A DNA stretch of 63,511 nucleotides, the filler included, from Hyphochytrium catenoides (lineage: Eukaryota > Protista > Hyphochytriomycota), in the NCBI GenBank assembly GCA_900088475.1. It is 11 parts of 11 records of this genome, joined end to end, with 100 filler letters (N's around TTAATTAATTAA, not from the genome) between each part and the next. Parts side by side here need not be neighbours in the genome. Positions count along the whole stretch, not along the records: positions 7,976 to 17,749 come from FLMG01003281.1; positions 17,850 to 34,864 come from FLMG01002875.1; 9 more parts are not named here. One strand, 5' to 3'. How positions within the stretch are numbered: the first letter of the stretch is position 1; each line of letters opens with the position of its first letter. The notes beneath the pieces are model-generated. The model had not been told where the DNA came from and did no database searches. It saw only the letters and a list, made by a program, of their open reading frames with translations. Of this stretch, positions 11,078-23,079 are shown one piece after another. Made by a program: the position numbers and the translations under genes.

Positions 11078-13363
11078 CAAAGCACTTGAAGATGATTTAG
11101 CAACACACGGAGCGGTGGTCAATGTAGAGAAGGCTTCTTCAGATTTTTGAAAGAGTAACAAATCAATATCAGCTTATCATCATCGGGCCATCACTTCTCA
11201 AGAAGCTAATAGGTCTGGGTCTGGTTTAGTTACAAGCTATGGCTCATCATCGTTCTGCTCTCAGGCGCCCAGTTTGGCGTTTCTTCTCCACCGACTTTGT
11301 TCTGCTCTTGCGTTGTTGTGCATCTATCTCTCACCGAATGATGTGCGCATGGCGGGGTGGAGCCTAGTAGGAGAACCTGACAGCGTTCTCTCCAGGCCCA
11401 TAACCGCCAGGCAGACTGCCCAATTCGGGCACATGTGATGCTACCGTCCTGTAAACTTATCCCCCCTCCGGCGTGTGACTTTACGAGCGATGGGCTAGTT
11501 CGCAACGAACTCATCCGACCGCCGTAGCAGCGAGCAGAAGCTTCTGAAGCGCCCACTGCTAGGTGGGTGGTTTTGGGATTCTTTCTCTTCATATATCAAT
11601 TAGGATGCCAGCCGTCCAAGAAGCCCCACTGAGTGAGCTCAAGACATTTCTCCGTACCTTTTTTATGGCGAAACCCCATAATAGCCAAACTATGGGCGAC
11701 GGAGTTCTGGGGAAGCTCTACCATCACTTCTGAGCACGACCGACGAGCTCATTAGAAAAGTGGAACTATTGGCGTCAACTTATCACCAAGATTATCTACA
11801 TCCTACTTGTGGCTTAGCCTCCTTACTTAGGTAGATGGGCGAATTGAGAACGCCCTTCTAGCTTTGCAAAGTAAGGTGCTTCGTCCAACAAATGACAGTA
11901 GCTACTAGAACACACACACACCAAAGAAAAGCAATACAGCAGGAAGCTCACTCCTCCCTCCTCTTGATGCTGCTCCCTCTCCCTTCCTCATTCCCTATCC
12001 TCTCGTTAATGATGATGGATGTCGTGGTCTTCTCTTCATAGATGAATGCGGTATTATTATTAGCCCACCAGGCGTCCACTATAGCTCGGTGGTTCTCTGG
12101 GGTGAGACGTGCTGTTCGGGAGATTGGTTGGAAGAGGATTGACAATAATATGATGTGCACTTCATCAGCCAGCCAGCCAGCCAGACTGCTCGCCTCAGAC
12201 AGGGCTGGTAACCGCCGCAGCAGATTGAAGAAGACCGTTTTGCTGATCGATAGGGCCTTTTTGTCCGCTGTGGTCTTTGTACAGTAAAGTAGAGTCAGAC
12301 TGGCCTGTCATGACGGTGGTACATCAAAGTCCAGGATGTAACGGTCCGTCCAGCACTAGTCTTAGCACTTGGAAGCTGGTGTCTTGCTTTTCCTTTGTCA
12401 TGCTGGACAAGAAGCAGCAGCCTCCTGTTCGTCTCTGGACTTCTTCAGCTCCTCGCTTGAATGGTTACCAGCACTCCTCCATCGGTGTCGTACACAGCCT
12501 GATTGATCGGACGACAAACCCAGGACAGTTATAAGTCATCAAGCAGGTAGCCCGAGTGAGACATCCTGCTTAGGATGAAAACAGAGAAACACTTTGAGGC
12601 TATGGACCAAAGGGGACACTTCAGTCAGTCAAATGGGAACAACGGAGGAGAAGTAGAACGATGGAGGATTGACAGGGCTGAATGCTGGAAGTCAATGATG
12701 ATGACAGTCCAGGACACTCAGCTCGCCCGCTTTCTCCTGAAGTGGAGGCGAGAAAGGACGAGACGATGGGGAGAAGAGCAACATGGCCTTCCAACCTCAG
12801 CCTAAGTATTGAATGACTATAGACTATAGAAGAGTAGTACAAGCCTGGCATGCGATTTGACAAACCGATAATGAACAAGCAATCCAGCCGAAGTATGCTC
12901 AAATATCGTCATGTCTTAGTAGGAAAAAGAGGCGGTAAGAATGCCAGACTGCTCCAGGACTGTTTCAGCTTTCTCCTCTAAAAGTGCTGGCCGCTTCCTT
13001 GCCTACCTGCTGCCACATTGTGGCTCACCATGCCAAACGAACCATAGTCACATCACCGAGCCCAACTCGGTCTGCCGTGCTCATCATCAGTGAGGAGAGG
13101 GACAGGCGACCTCACGCGGAACCTCACATGATATTGCGTAGTACATAATCTCATAATAACGGTGCAGCAGCACACTGCAGTCTCTCCTTTCGGCGTCTGC
13201 CCAAAAGCTTTATTTGTTGGTATGCACCTCACACTGAGAATCTCTTCACAGTCTTCAATGCCGAACAAAAGGCGATGAGAAGAAAGGGTGCCAAACTGAC
13301 TTGCATCGGCAAACAGAAAGCCCGGATCGTCAGGACCATCGAACATCTATACTACCTTCTCCA

Positions 13364-15865
13364 ATGCACGGGCACCGACGGACCCTTATAGAAGTGGCCA
13401 GGGCAGATGCTGCTGATAAGGTGGTGGAGTGTCATCCGCAACAGCTATCATCAGAAGTGGCCATCGTCCGTTTGAAGGCTACTTCTGAAGTGTCGCACAA
13501 CCCCAGTCACTCCATAATAAACTCCCTCCTTACTCCTGGTCCCCGTCAGTCTCTGATTAGCTCTTCACAGCTCATCAAGGACAGAGACCGACAAGGGCCA
13601 AGAATAGAAGGCCGCCACTCTTACTCCCGTAAGCAACCCCATCCGCAATCTTTCTTGAGCCGCCACTTCGTGAATCATTTAGCAAGCACTTTGGCAGTCA
13701 AGGTGCACCCTCTACTGGCTGGAGTTAACGTTGCAGAGTCCACAATTATCAAAGCTGACGACGGTGGCGTGAAAGAAGAGAACCAAGATACCCAGAAGGA
13801 GCTACGTCCCTTGGTGGTACATGCAGAACATTGTCTCGTCCCAGCGTCCCGGACCCCGAAAGGACAAACTGCCTCTCATGCCTCTCGCCATGAAGAAGAG
13901 AGGCAAGAAGGCGCTTTGCTTGTACTGTTGGCTCAAGAGTCAGTCCTCGTTTTGGACTATGTTCAGAGCCATGAGACGGCGCTTCATAAGCTTCTCGGTC
14001 ATGATCTGGCGGAACGCTTCATTGCTTGGAGCGACTCAACGATTGGTTCCCGAATTTACATTGCGGCTTACGCGATCTGGCTCTCGAGTGGATTCTTGTC
14101 GTTCATGTTCTGGACCAACCCACTCTTCTGGCTCACAGCACCTTCGATGATATTGGTGCTTATGTACGAGAGCGGACATCGATGTTTTGCTGTGATCAAG
14201 GAGGTGTTGAAGTGCTTTGACGTCTACTTTCTGATGGGGGAGCTTGCCTTGCTCTGTATCGGGATCTGCATAGGCTCCTGCTACAAGCGAGCCTACAATA
14301 GCCTTTCGGTTTTTATCAGTGTCCCATTCTATGTGATTGCTGATGCAGCCCCGCGTACCTTCCAGAGAGTGATGCAATATCAGCTCATTGGATTTTCTGG
14401 CGTGGTTTTCGTGTGCGCAGTCTTTCTCTACTTTCACTTACTCCCCGATCTTTGTTTCTACCGGGTAAGCATCCACGGCCACATATTCTTGGCTGATGAG
14501 ACATATATGGATGTTGACAGCTTTTCGGTGACGGAGTTCACGGTTAACAGGGCGTTGACTATCACAATCCTACTATTGCGAATGGCTGTCAAGGGATGGT
14601 TCAATGGAGGTGCGTGCGCAGTCTTAACGGGAAGCTATACTTTGGTACAGGTGGACACCTGTCGCCACCAGGCGAAGAAGCAGAAGAGAAGTGTGAACCA
14701 CGTGACTGGTCCTGTGAACGATAATGGCTGGACGCCAAGATCTCCAGGAGGAACTGCAACACATCTAGCCTGCCTGCGGGAGAAGAAGGTAGACGCGATG
14801 GCCGTGATAGATCAAGCAATGAGCCAGCCGCCTCCTGTAAACTATCCTGGCCGCGGGCGAGTACCGATCCGCAGGTTCATTGTGCCGAAGAAGCCTTTGA
14901 TTACTCTCACTGAACTCCAGAGCCGCTCATCGCTGCTCCACAAGCTCTTCAGTAATGTACGAAGTAAGAGGTTGACCATGATGGTGTCAAACTTTCGGTC
15001 ATGGGTGAAGCGGTACCACTTCATCTGCTACTTCTTCTGGATTGTCCCACTGCTCTCTATGAACTTTATCCTGTATTGCAGTGGCCAGACTTCAAGCTCG
15101 ATCTGTTCTTCCTTCAGGGGTTCCATCCATCAGGACAATAGGACGACAGGCCCTGGGAAATTTGTCGATATCCTGGTGACGGCCAGCATTACACTTACCA
15201 TCATACACGCCTTCCTTCAAACCATCCTCCTCAACGCTGAACTCGTCCGAAAGCTACTTCGCAACTTCTCAGTCTGGGTCCTATTATTCCAGCTCGTGCT
15301 CTTCAGCGTCGCTGTGAATTCAGTCCTCTGTTTCTCAGCTTCAGGATTGGCCATTTCTCTCACTTCCTTGCTCTGTGGCATGACCGTCATCATGTCAGAC
15401 GCACTACCTCTGACCTCCTGGAAGGCTAGACGCTTACATACTGCCCTCTTCTTTCTAGCTCATGTAGTGGCAGTGGCGGTTTTACACTTCCGATTGGCCG
15501 AGGGAATGTGCTTCGACACAATCACTTATAGGATGGATCCCTTTGAGTTAAGTTTGCTTAGGCTGGAGAAGAAGAACAGGGTCGAAGAAGCTACAGGTGG
15601 TCCGAGCAGTCACCTGGATTCATTCCCATCAACTTCTGCGGACGGGAGTGGAGTTATGCCTGTTCAGCCATCAGCGGGTCTGGCGTTAGTATCTGTGGTT
15701 GAGTTTTGCCTGAATCGTGGGTACACCTTGATCTTCCTCATGATACGAGTGCTCTATCTCCAGGTACGTCATCCGGCAACATGTGCGTTGCTGGAAGCAA
15801 ATATAACTATTGAGGAGAGACTGGCACCGACGCTTGTCCCGAACGGGGCACGTATCGTTCAATAA
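13364..15865 (+). CDS. Intronless polytopic membrane protein with two homologous multi-TM halves, unknown function
   Basis: 854-codon open frame, first ATG at 13364; two clusters of hydrophobic helices with matching motifs (LHKL, F.V(Y/W).L, DA.P, (L/M)CF, SV.EF..NR..T, CA.L). Confidence 0.8.
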   Translation: MHGHRRTLIEVARADAADKVVECHPQQLSSEVAIVRLKATSEVSHNPSHSIINSLLTPGPRQSLISSSQLIKDRDRQGPRIEGRHSYSRKQPHPQSFLSRHFVNHLASTLAVKVHPLLAGVNVAESTIIKADDGGVKEENQDTQKELRPLVVHAEHCLVPASRTPKGQTASHASRHEEERQEGALLVLLAQESVLVLDYVQSHETALHKLLGHDLAERFIAWSDSTIGSRIYIAAYAIWLSSGFLSFMFWTNPLFWLTAPSMILVLMYESGHRCFAVIKEVLKCFDVYFLMGELALLCIGICIGSCYKRAYNSLSVFISVPFYVIADAAPRTFQRVMQYQLIGFSGVVFVCAVFLYFHLLPDLCFYRVSIHGHIFLADETYMDVDSFSVTEFTVNRALTITILLLRMAVKGWFNGGACAVLTGSYTLVQVDTCRHQAKKQKRSVNHVTGPVNDNGWTPRSPGGTATHLACLREKKVDAMAVIDQAMSQPPPVNYPGRGRVPIRRFIVPKKPLITLTELQSRSSLLHKLFSNVRSKRLTMMVSNFRSWVKRYHFICYFFWIVPLLSMNFILYCSGQTSSSICSSFRGSIHQDNRTTGPGKFVDILVTASITLTIIHAFLQTILLNAELVRKLLRNFSVWVLLFQLVLFSVAVNSVLCFSASGLAISLTSLLCGMTVIMSDALPLTSWKARRLHTALFFLAHVVAVAVLHFRLAEGMCFDTITYRMDPFELSLLRLEKKNRVEEATGGPSSHLDSFPSTSADGSGVMPVQPSAGLALVSVVEFCLNRGYTLIFLMIRVLYLQVRHPATCALLEANITIEERLAPTLVPNGARIVQ

Positions 15866-15964
15866 ACTTATCACTTCCTTATCGCCCTATCTGCCCTTTA
15901 CCAAAATCTGGAAGACCAGCCACACATCGTAATAGCAGATAATAGAAAGCCTAGAATAGATTTA

Positions 15965-17749
15965 TTACTCTCTCCAAGCGCTCGATCCGGAGAGACTCTG
16001 ACGCAGATCTGTAACACTAGACGCATTTAGCAGATCTGAGACATCGCTGTCCATTCCTGGGAAACCCCGAGTCAAGTACAAAGCCCTATAGATCACACTG
16101 TGAGCACCTGACTGCCAGGCCAGCGTGCTCCTTTCCTTGAATCTGACACCACAGCGGGTCACATCCTCGGCCTGGTCCTTGTTAGTCTCGTCTTCGAATG
16201 CTGTTCTGTCACGTTGTGGTCTGTTGACGGGCAGCCCAGCAGCCTCACATAGGCAGCTCCATTCTTCTTGGTCAAATTCATCTACAAAGCGCGGGCAAAA
16301 AAGACTACCAATGTCCAAGCACGGTAACACTTCTGTCTTCAGGTACGTCCGATTCATCGCACGCAGTGCCTGTAGCCAGATATCTGGCAGCTGGCTAGAG
16401 AAGAGGTATTTTAGAAGAAGAAGCCTTGGCGTTCCAACTATGTCGTTTCGACTCCCCACAGTTGGGACAAAGGAAACCGACCTTTCTCCTACCTTGTTAT
16501 GGCACATTGCTGAAGCGGTGATAGTTGAGTGTACAGCCGGAAAAAGCGAACGTAGTTGTTTGTCTGAGCTGCTGCTTTGACCTTTAGAGCTCGTAGAAAC
16601 GCCTGCGACTCGAGGACCGCGGTGGGAGCTCCACGTAGTACGCTACATGCAAAAAGCAGACAATAGTAAGTGAACAGATGCCAGATTCGTTTGTCCCGAC
16701 GCTTCTTCACCTATGATCTTGCCGGAAGAGTGCTAATAGCTCATTATAGCAGTAAAATTCAGTCCGGTTCTTCAGTAGCTGAGCAGCCATTTCGGCGCTG
16801 TATAGAGTCTCGACATCGCCATATAGCTGTGTAACATATATGTGTCAGTGAGTAGTCGAGGAGGGTTGGGAAAGGAGCACAAAGATGAACCTGCAGCAGT
16901 TCTGATAAATGGCCAGTTAATGCGTCATAATGGTGCTTCTCGCTGATAGCCTCAGCATGAAGCTCGGACGATACCACCGTCTTTTTGAAGCTCTGCAGCT
17001 GCTGTAAGTTCTGTGGGCTGGCTCTCTAAGATGATGCCACAAAGTCAGTTCCACCCCAATGACAGCTGCCTAAAGAGAGGAGGGAAATAACGACGTCTCT
17101 CCTTCAGCACGAGACACTTTACACGCACATTTTTCCTTATATGAGAAACTTCTTTCTTTGCTCCATCCACCTTCAGCCAGAAACAGGAGAGGATATAAAA
17201 GCGAACAGACACTTCGAGAGTCCGAATGAAGTGCTCAGTGTCCTCAAGATGATTGACCTAGTGATGGTTCAATGGTCAGTAAAGAAGTGGGAATTAACAC
17301 TGTCAGATGGACATACTACTAGCACTGCGAAGCACCTGCCTGCTGAACGGTGAAGTCCTTCATTATGCTCCGAATTCGGTCTGCGATGAAAATGTACACA
17401 TTGCCAAAGGAGGTGGAAGGGTCCTTCTTTTTATGTCTGTCCGGGCCAAGTCTGCTGATGATATGCTTAATCCGAACCGAGCTACCTCCTCCAGTGGGAA
17501 GTCGAAGCGTTCCCGCAGCATTGCTGTAGAGGATATCCTCAAGCAGATAGGCTAGAGTCCGCCAAAGGGTCTGGGGATCTCTAACCTGTTTTAGGCGCAG
17601 TGAACCAAGGGCTTAGTATTGGTTTGAGCGGACGAAGTCGATAGACCGACCTCGTCAGACATCTCATTACGGCTTCCCGCAGCTGGCCTCCGATATTTCT
17701 TGACTGCCAGCGCCGCAGAAATGGTGGTTGGATCTGGATTGACAATCCT
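15965..17749 (-). CDS. SAC3/GANP-family (PCI-like) protein, multi-exon, 5' partial
   Basis: Spliced translation gives AVKKYRRPAAG...EVRDPQTLWRTLAYLL...VYIFIADRIRSIMKDFTVQQ...LEVSVRFYIL...NRTEFYCY...NNYVRFFRLY...QALRAMNRTY, which are hallmark SAC3/GANP motifs. Short introns; stop at 15965. Confidence 0.85.
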
Positions 17750-17879
17750 NNNNNNNNNNNNNNNNNNNNNNNNNNNNNNNNNNNNNNNNNNNNTTAATTA
17801 ATTAANNNNNNNNNNNNNNNNNNNNNNNNNNNNNNNNNNNNNNNNNNNNGGAATTGAGTTGAGCGATGATGAACTTATT

Positions 17880-17965
17880 TGCAATAAGGGACATCATCAG
17901 CAGTAAAGGAAGAATCATCGTCAATCTTCTTAGCAGTAACAAGGGGAGAACGAGGGGGAGGAGGT
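17880..17965 (-). mobile_element. Short degenerate 3' fragment of CRE-like retrotransposon
   Basis: catcatcagcagtaaaggaagaatcat...aaggggagaacgag matches the family 3' segment at 24100-24170. Confidence 0.45.
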
Positions 17966-18279
17966 CTGTTTTTCACTTTCACTTCATGAATTTCTCTACT
18001 TTATAGACAGAAGTAGAAAAAGAAGAGGTAAAAAAGGAAGAAGAACAACAAGAAAGACGAGAACAAGAGGCAGAAGAAGGAGAAGAAGAAGAGAAATGAA
18101 GAGGAGACATTATGCAATCAACAAAAAGGCACTAAAACAGTAATTAAAAAATAAGCCTTATTTTTATAGACACTAGAAATCATTCTGAAAGGATACACTT
18201 TTTTTTTATATTTCAACGACACACATTTTAACTGTTTAGCCCTCTTTTTACTTGTTTATAGCTACTACTAATATCTACT

Positions 18280-18530
18280 AAGAAGATGAGAGAAGATGAA
18301 GAAGGAAAAGAGAAAGAAAAGAGGAAGAAGAAGAGAAAAGAAAAGCCTATTATAAAGCCTTGGGCTCTTCCTCACCAGCTCGATTTGCTCCATGTTCATC
18401 ATCAGTAAAGGAAGACAGAGTTGATTCCCTCAGTAATGATAAGCGGAGAAGAGGGAGGAGGGGGAGATGAGATGAATCACCAGCCAGCAGCCATCCCGTC
18501 ACCAACGAGCTCAGCCGTCGCAAGATAAGC
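18280..18530 (-). mobile_element. 3' end of CRE-like retrotransposon with (TTC)-rich tail
   Basis: Encodes ...SSFTDDEHGANRAGEEEPKAL*; shares cgagctcagccgtcgc and catcatcagtaaa with 55445-55630; GAA-rich run at 18281-18345 on the + strand. Confidence 0.65.
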
Positions 18531-18955
18531 TTAAGCTTTCTTCCTATTATTGTACCGTTTTCTCTTATTAGCACTAGTTCTACTATTTTAGGCGCGGTCT
18601 ATTTCTGCTTTCGGTGCTCCTAACTCCGTTCCTACCGGTACGCACGGATCTTTTGAGACTGTCCACTAGTTCCGTATTGGGGCACCGCCTTTTTTCGGTC
18701 ATGTTCTTTTTTGTTATGGTTGAGTACGGAGTATTTACGGAGACTGGTTACTTGTGCTCTTTATTTTCTCCGGTATCTTTTGCTTCTTTCGGTACTGCAC
18801 AAGTGTTAGTGATGGAGGAGCAGAGGCGAGCCAGAGCCAGGGAAGATTTGATGTTGAAGAGCCAGAGATATTGTTTTTTTTTGTTGAGAAATTAGACCGA
18901 GAAAAAAATTATAATTATAGAGGGCGAGAGAGAGAGAGAGAATAGCCCATAAAAA

Positions 18956-19002
<47 letters not shown>

Positions 19003-20764
19003 CAGAGACGCCAGAGAAAGAATAGAGAGACGTTCATCTTGAGGAAAGACAGAGTGGGTGGTGGCGAAAGAATGAAGAGAAGGGGAAGATCGCCAAGTGA
19101 CGACATGATGATGAAGAACGACTAAGACTCTCTCTCGCTTTATTACTAGAACTACTATTCTCCCAACCAACAGGAGCATTTTCTCTCTTTCTTTAATCGC
19201 TCCGGTCTCGAACCTTGATGATGCTTTGGACTTGCTCCGCAGGTTCTTCTGCTCTGTCTCTTCTTCTGCAACCGCCTTCTCCAATCCTTTGCTCCTCCTG
19301 TTATTACCTCCACTGGTGATGGAGGAGAAGCGAGGCAGAGAGCCAGAGAAGACAAGCATGATAAGCAAGAAGATAAGCATTGAAGAGCCAGAAAGATTAC
19401 TTTCTAACGGAACAACTAGACAGAAAAAGAACATATGAAGAAAGAGAGAGAGGAGGTAGAAAGAGAAAACGACAAAAGAGAAAAACGACAGAATAGAGAG
19501 GCGAGAGATCACGAGTACTAGGAAAAGATATTGTGCGAAGAGAGAGCAACCAGAGGGGGAGATGCCGTGAGAGAGCGAGAAGTCATAGAGGAGAGACAGA
19601 GAGCCATGGAAGGAAGAAAGCCAGAGTTGGTGGTCGGAAAAAACAAAGACAGGGGAAACCGCGAGCAGCAAAGCGGAACACAAGGAAGGAGACGATTATT
19701 AGGAGTGACAAGAAGGAGGAGAAGCGGGGGTAAGCTAGACACCCGTTCATTGCCCCTATCCTCGGCTCTCTCTCTCTGTTTCTCTCTCTTTCTCTCGCTC
19801 GCTCTCGTTCTCTGTCTGTTTTATGAAAATACCATCACGGAACTCTCTCCTTGTCCTTCCTCTTCCTCCGTTCTCGTTGCATGATGATGCTGCTGCCCCG
19901 TCTTCTTCTGCAATTGCCTCCTCGTCCACTCGTCTGATTCTCCTGTTGTTCTCCTCTGTCCCAGACAGTCTTGGCAGCACTGGATGATGCAGTCTTTAGA
20001 GGAGAGAGCTTTCTTTTTCTTCCTCCCTCCCAAGAATCCCCTAATCTACTGAACACTTCTTCCTCCATTGTCACCTTACGTCCTCCTTTTCCCCTGGTTG
20101 TCTGGCTCTCTCCGGCGCGAGCTCCTAATCTGATGGCGGTGTCCGGCTCAAAAAAAGAAGAGAAGAAAGGGCTGATCTTTCCTGACCATCCATCATCCTG
20201 ATGGTATCTTCTCCTCCCTCTTGTCCGTTCCCTATTGCTTGTTTCTTTCCTCTTCTTCGGTGATTCCTCCGACCACTTGTCCTCTGAGTGCTTTGATGAT
20301 CTTCTTCCTCCCTTTCCTCAGGCTCTTTCTTCTTCTTCTCTACCACTCATCTCCATCCGTCTCTCATTACCGTCTTCTATGCTACCGCTCCCACACCGCC
20401 CGGTCTGTCTCGGCCGCTCTTCTAACTTTTATGGCTGCGTCCCCTGCTTCTCTCCTACTACCACGGTCTCTTTCTGTCGCATCCTCTCTCTGTTCGTGCT
20501 TACGCATCCACATTTCTCTCCTCTCTGTCCTCTCTGCCTCGTGCACTCTTCTACTGCCCTCAAGAAGAAAGCTGAAGAAGATGTTGGATCTTTGTCAACT
20601 CATTGCACAATTTCCTCTGATAATAAGAGAGACCTTAGAGTCACCACGAGGCACAGCGCGCGCCATCTGTTGTTCTCTTCCCTCTGCTCTCTTCTCTCTC
20701 CCTCTCTCTTTCTCCCCTTTTGGCGCGTTGACGCTGTGTAGCGCTTCATTATCAGGCAGCAAGG

Positions 20765-21628
20765 ATGATCAACGCAACTCTGTCGCTGAGAAGCTCTTTA
20801 GCTAAAACTTTCTTTCTTCTGTTTCTCTCTTCTATGCTTACTTCTACAGCTACTGCACGGACACAAAGTGCTGAAAAGTTAGGAGAACAGCGTTCACTCT
20901 CTCTTCATAAATATCAGATTGTCTTCTCACCTTCCGTTGGCGGCAACTCCTTCTCTCACCTTGAGAACCGGCGGTCACTGGCGTTCAGGACACCACAAGC
21001 AGTACCAAAAGCACCAGGGTCCCCAGAGGTTGTCAGAGCCACCACCATCCGAGGCGGGACGAGAGCAACTGGGACGCATACGGCACCTTATATCAAGAGC
21101 ATGGCAGAGCGACGGCAAAGAAAGGCAGGAAAAGGTGAAGCTTTACCAGGCGGACCCAAGGTAGATCTATTCTACGAAATCCACCCCGGAGTAGACCCGC
21201 GATCAGCGCCAGCAGTACCAAAGGATGCACCAGGAGCAGCATTGAAAGAAGATCAAATCGTCGATAAATCTCATCCAGAAGCCGTCAGACCATCTGCCAA
21301 AGTAGCAGAAGTTGTTCCAGCAGCTGTCAACCTAGCCGTCCGGCCACCGGCGCCACAAACGAAGCAGCTAGCTGCCTCAGCAAACGGCGCACCAGCACAA
21401 TTGAACGATTTATTCTTCAGAACTCATCCAGCCGTCCGGCCACGGGCGCCACAAACGGAGCAGCTAGCTGCCTCAGCAAACGGCGCACCAGCACAATTGA
21501 ACGATTTATTCTTCAGAACTCATCCAGCCGTCCGGGCATTGCCGCCACAAGCGAGGAGGCTAGACGCCCCAGCAAACGGCGCACGCGCAGCAGCAGTGCA
21601 GGGCGAGTTACAGAAGAAAGATGTTTGA
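20765..21628 (+). CDS. Intronless orphan secreted-like Ala/Pro-rich protein with 32-aa tandem repeats (287 aa)
   Basis: ATG ORF; hydrophobic TFFLLFLSSMLTSTATA signal-like segment; internal repeats. Confidence 0.7.
   Translation: MINATLSLRSSLAKTFFLLFLSSMLTSTATARTQSAEKLGEQRSLSLHKYQIVFSPSVGGNSFSHLENRRSLAFRTPQAVPKAPGSPEVVRATTIRGGTRATGTHTAPYIKSMAERRQRKAGKGEALPGGPKVDLFYEIHPGVDPRSAPAVPKDAPGAALKEDQIVDKSHPEAVRPSAKVAEVVPAAVNLAVRPPAPQTKQLAASANGAPAQLNDLFFRTHPAVRPRAPQTEQLAASANGAPAQLNDLFFRTHPAVRALPPQARRLDAPANGARAAAVQGELQKKDV
21335..21587 (+). repeat. 96-bp coding tandem repeat, ~2.6 copies
   Basis: Units start at 21335, 21431 and 21527; they encode AVRP.APQT.QLAASANGAPAQLNDLFFRTHP. Confidence 0.9.
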
Positions 21629-23079
21629 AGAGACAGAGAAGTTAAAGACAATGAACGAGGAACCTTCAGAAAGAATGCTCGATTTCATCTCTCAGCTCCT
21701 TCGTCATGTGAGGCTCTATTATTAGAAGGTAGCTTTTTCTTGAGAACGGAGTAGTCCTCACTGAGCTAGAGGACACCTCTTTCCCGCAGGGCGTCCAGCT
21801 CTAATTATATCTGCTCTTTTACCTGCTAACTTCACAGTCTCCTTTTCTTCCTTTTTTCAACTAAGAATCGCCACGCACCTTCTTCTATTTTCCAGAGTCT
21901 TCCTCACCAGCGGGATAGGAAGAACAGAAGTGCGATAAGGGGACAAAGGTGGAGATAAAGAGAGTCATAGAGAGTAGATATTGCCTAGAGAAGACGAGGA
22001 TAATCCTTCTCTTCTGTCCGTGGTGGCTGGTCACGAAGCCGAACCAGGACAGCCTTTGCTTGCCTGTCGCAGATGCCCTACGTCCAGCCATGTCCTTCTA
22101 CCTACTGTTCTTCTCTTCCCTCTTTCCTGGCGTAGTACCTCTGCCACTACCACCATCAGTTACTCTCTTGGTGCTATCCATACTTCTTAACGACCGATCG
22201 TGAAAGTCCTAGTAAGAGCTATCTTTGTTCCGTCTTCTCACCTCAGAGACATGAGAGATAGAAAGACGCCCTCATGATGGCGTGCAAATGAGTTCTTGGG
22301 CATCAGAGGGTTCAACTGCTGCTGATGCAGGAGGATGTCTTCTCCTCTAATGCATCTTCATCGCCTATAACGCGGTAGAGGAGGAACACAATCTACCAGC
22401 TCGCCAAGATAGTGGAAGGTGGATTTGCCAGACGCGGAGAGAAGAAGAGATATTCTTTATTATTATCTAAAAGATGCTAAAGGAGAAGAATGAAGACTTC
22501 TTCTTCCAAGAGTTCTCTCCTCGTACCTCTTGTCTCTTGACTTCTTCGTCTTCTCGATCCCTCCTCGTCCTTCTCCTTCCTCTCCCTTTTCAATCTTTCT
22601 TTCTCCTCAAACTATGGCACAACTAGGACATCCACCGATAGCTTGCTGTTAGTGCGAAAGAGCTAAGTGATGACTTCCACATCCTTCCTCCTCCTCGCCA
22701 CCATCAACATCTCTAAAAGAAAGGCTGATCAAAAGGTCTAGAGACGAGAAAAGTAAGGGGAAGGCAGGAAACAACTCTCTCTTCTCCTCAGCATTTTGGA
22801 TGATTCTTTCTTTCCTTCTCTGCGCAGCGAGTGAGGATGGGTTTGTTGGTTGTCTCTGGTCCTTTTTCCCTATTAGCATAAAACTTGCTAAGGCAGTCAA
22901 GTGTGAATCATCTCTTCTCTGATGATGGTGCTCGGGGGGGAGAGGGAGAGAGAAGGGAGGAGGTTAAGAAAGACTTTATTGCTGTCTTTAACGTTTTCCT
23001 CTATCTTCTCTTTCTTCATCTATCATGTCTCCTCTTTCCCTTTCCTTCTTCTTTTGACTCCTAGACATATGAAGAAATA

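Noticed and set aside
13070-13100. TDDEHG-encoding match to the CRE tail
   Set aside because: Similarity is limited to ~20 nt with no flanking homology or TTC tail; probably chance.
11100-13300. Several short ORFs between the LRR gene and the membrane-protein gene
   Set aside because: No recognisable motifs and no consistent splice chain found.
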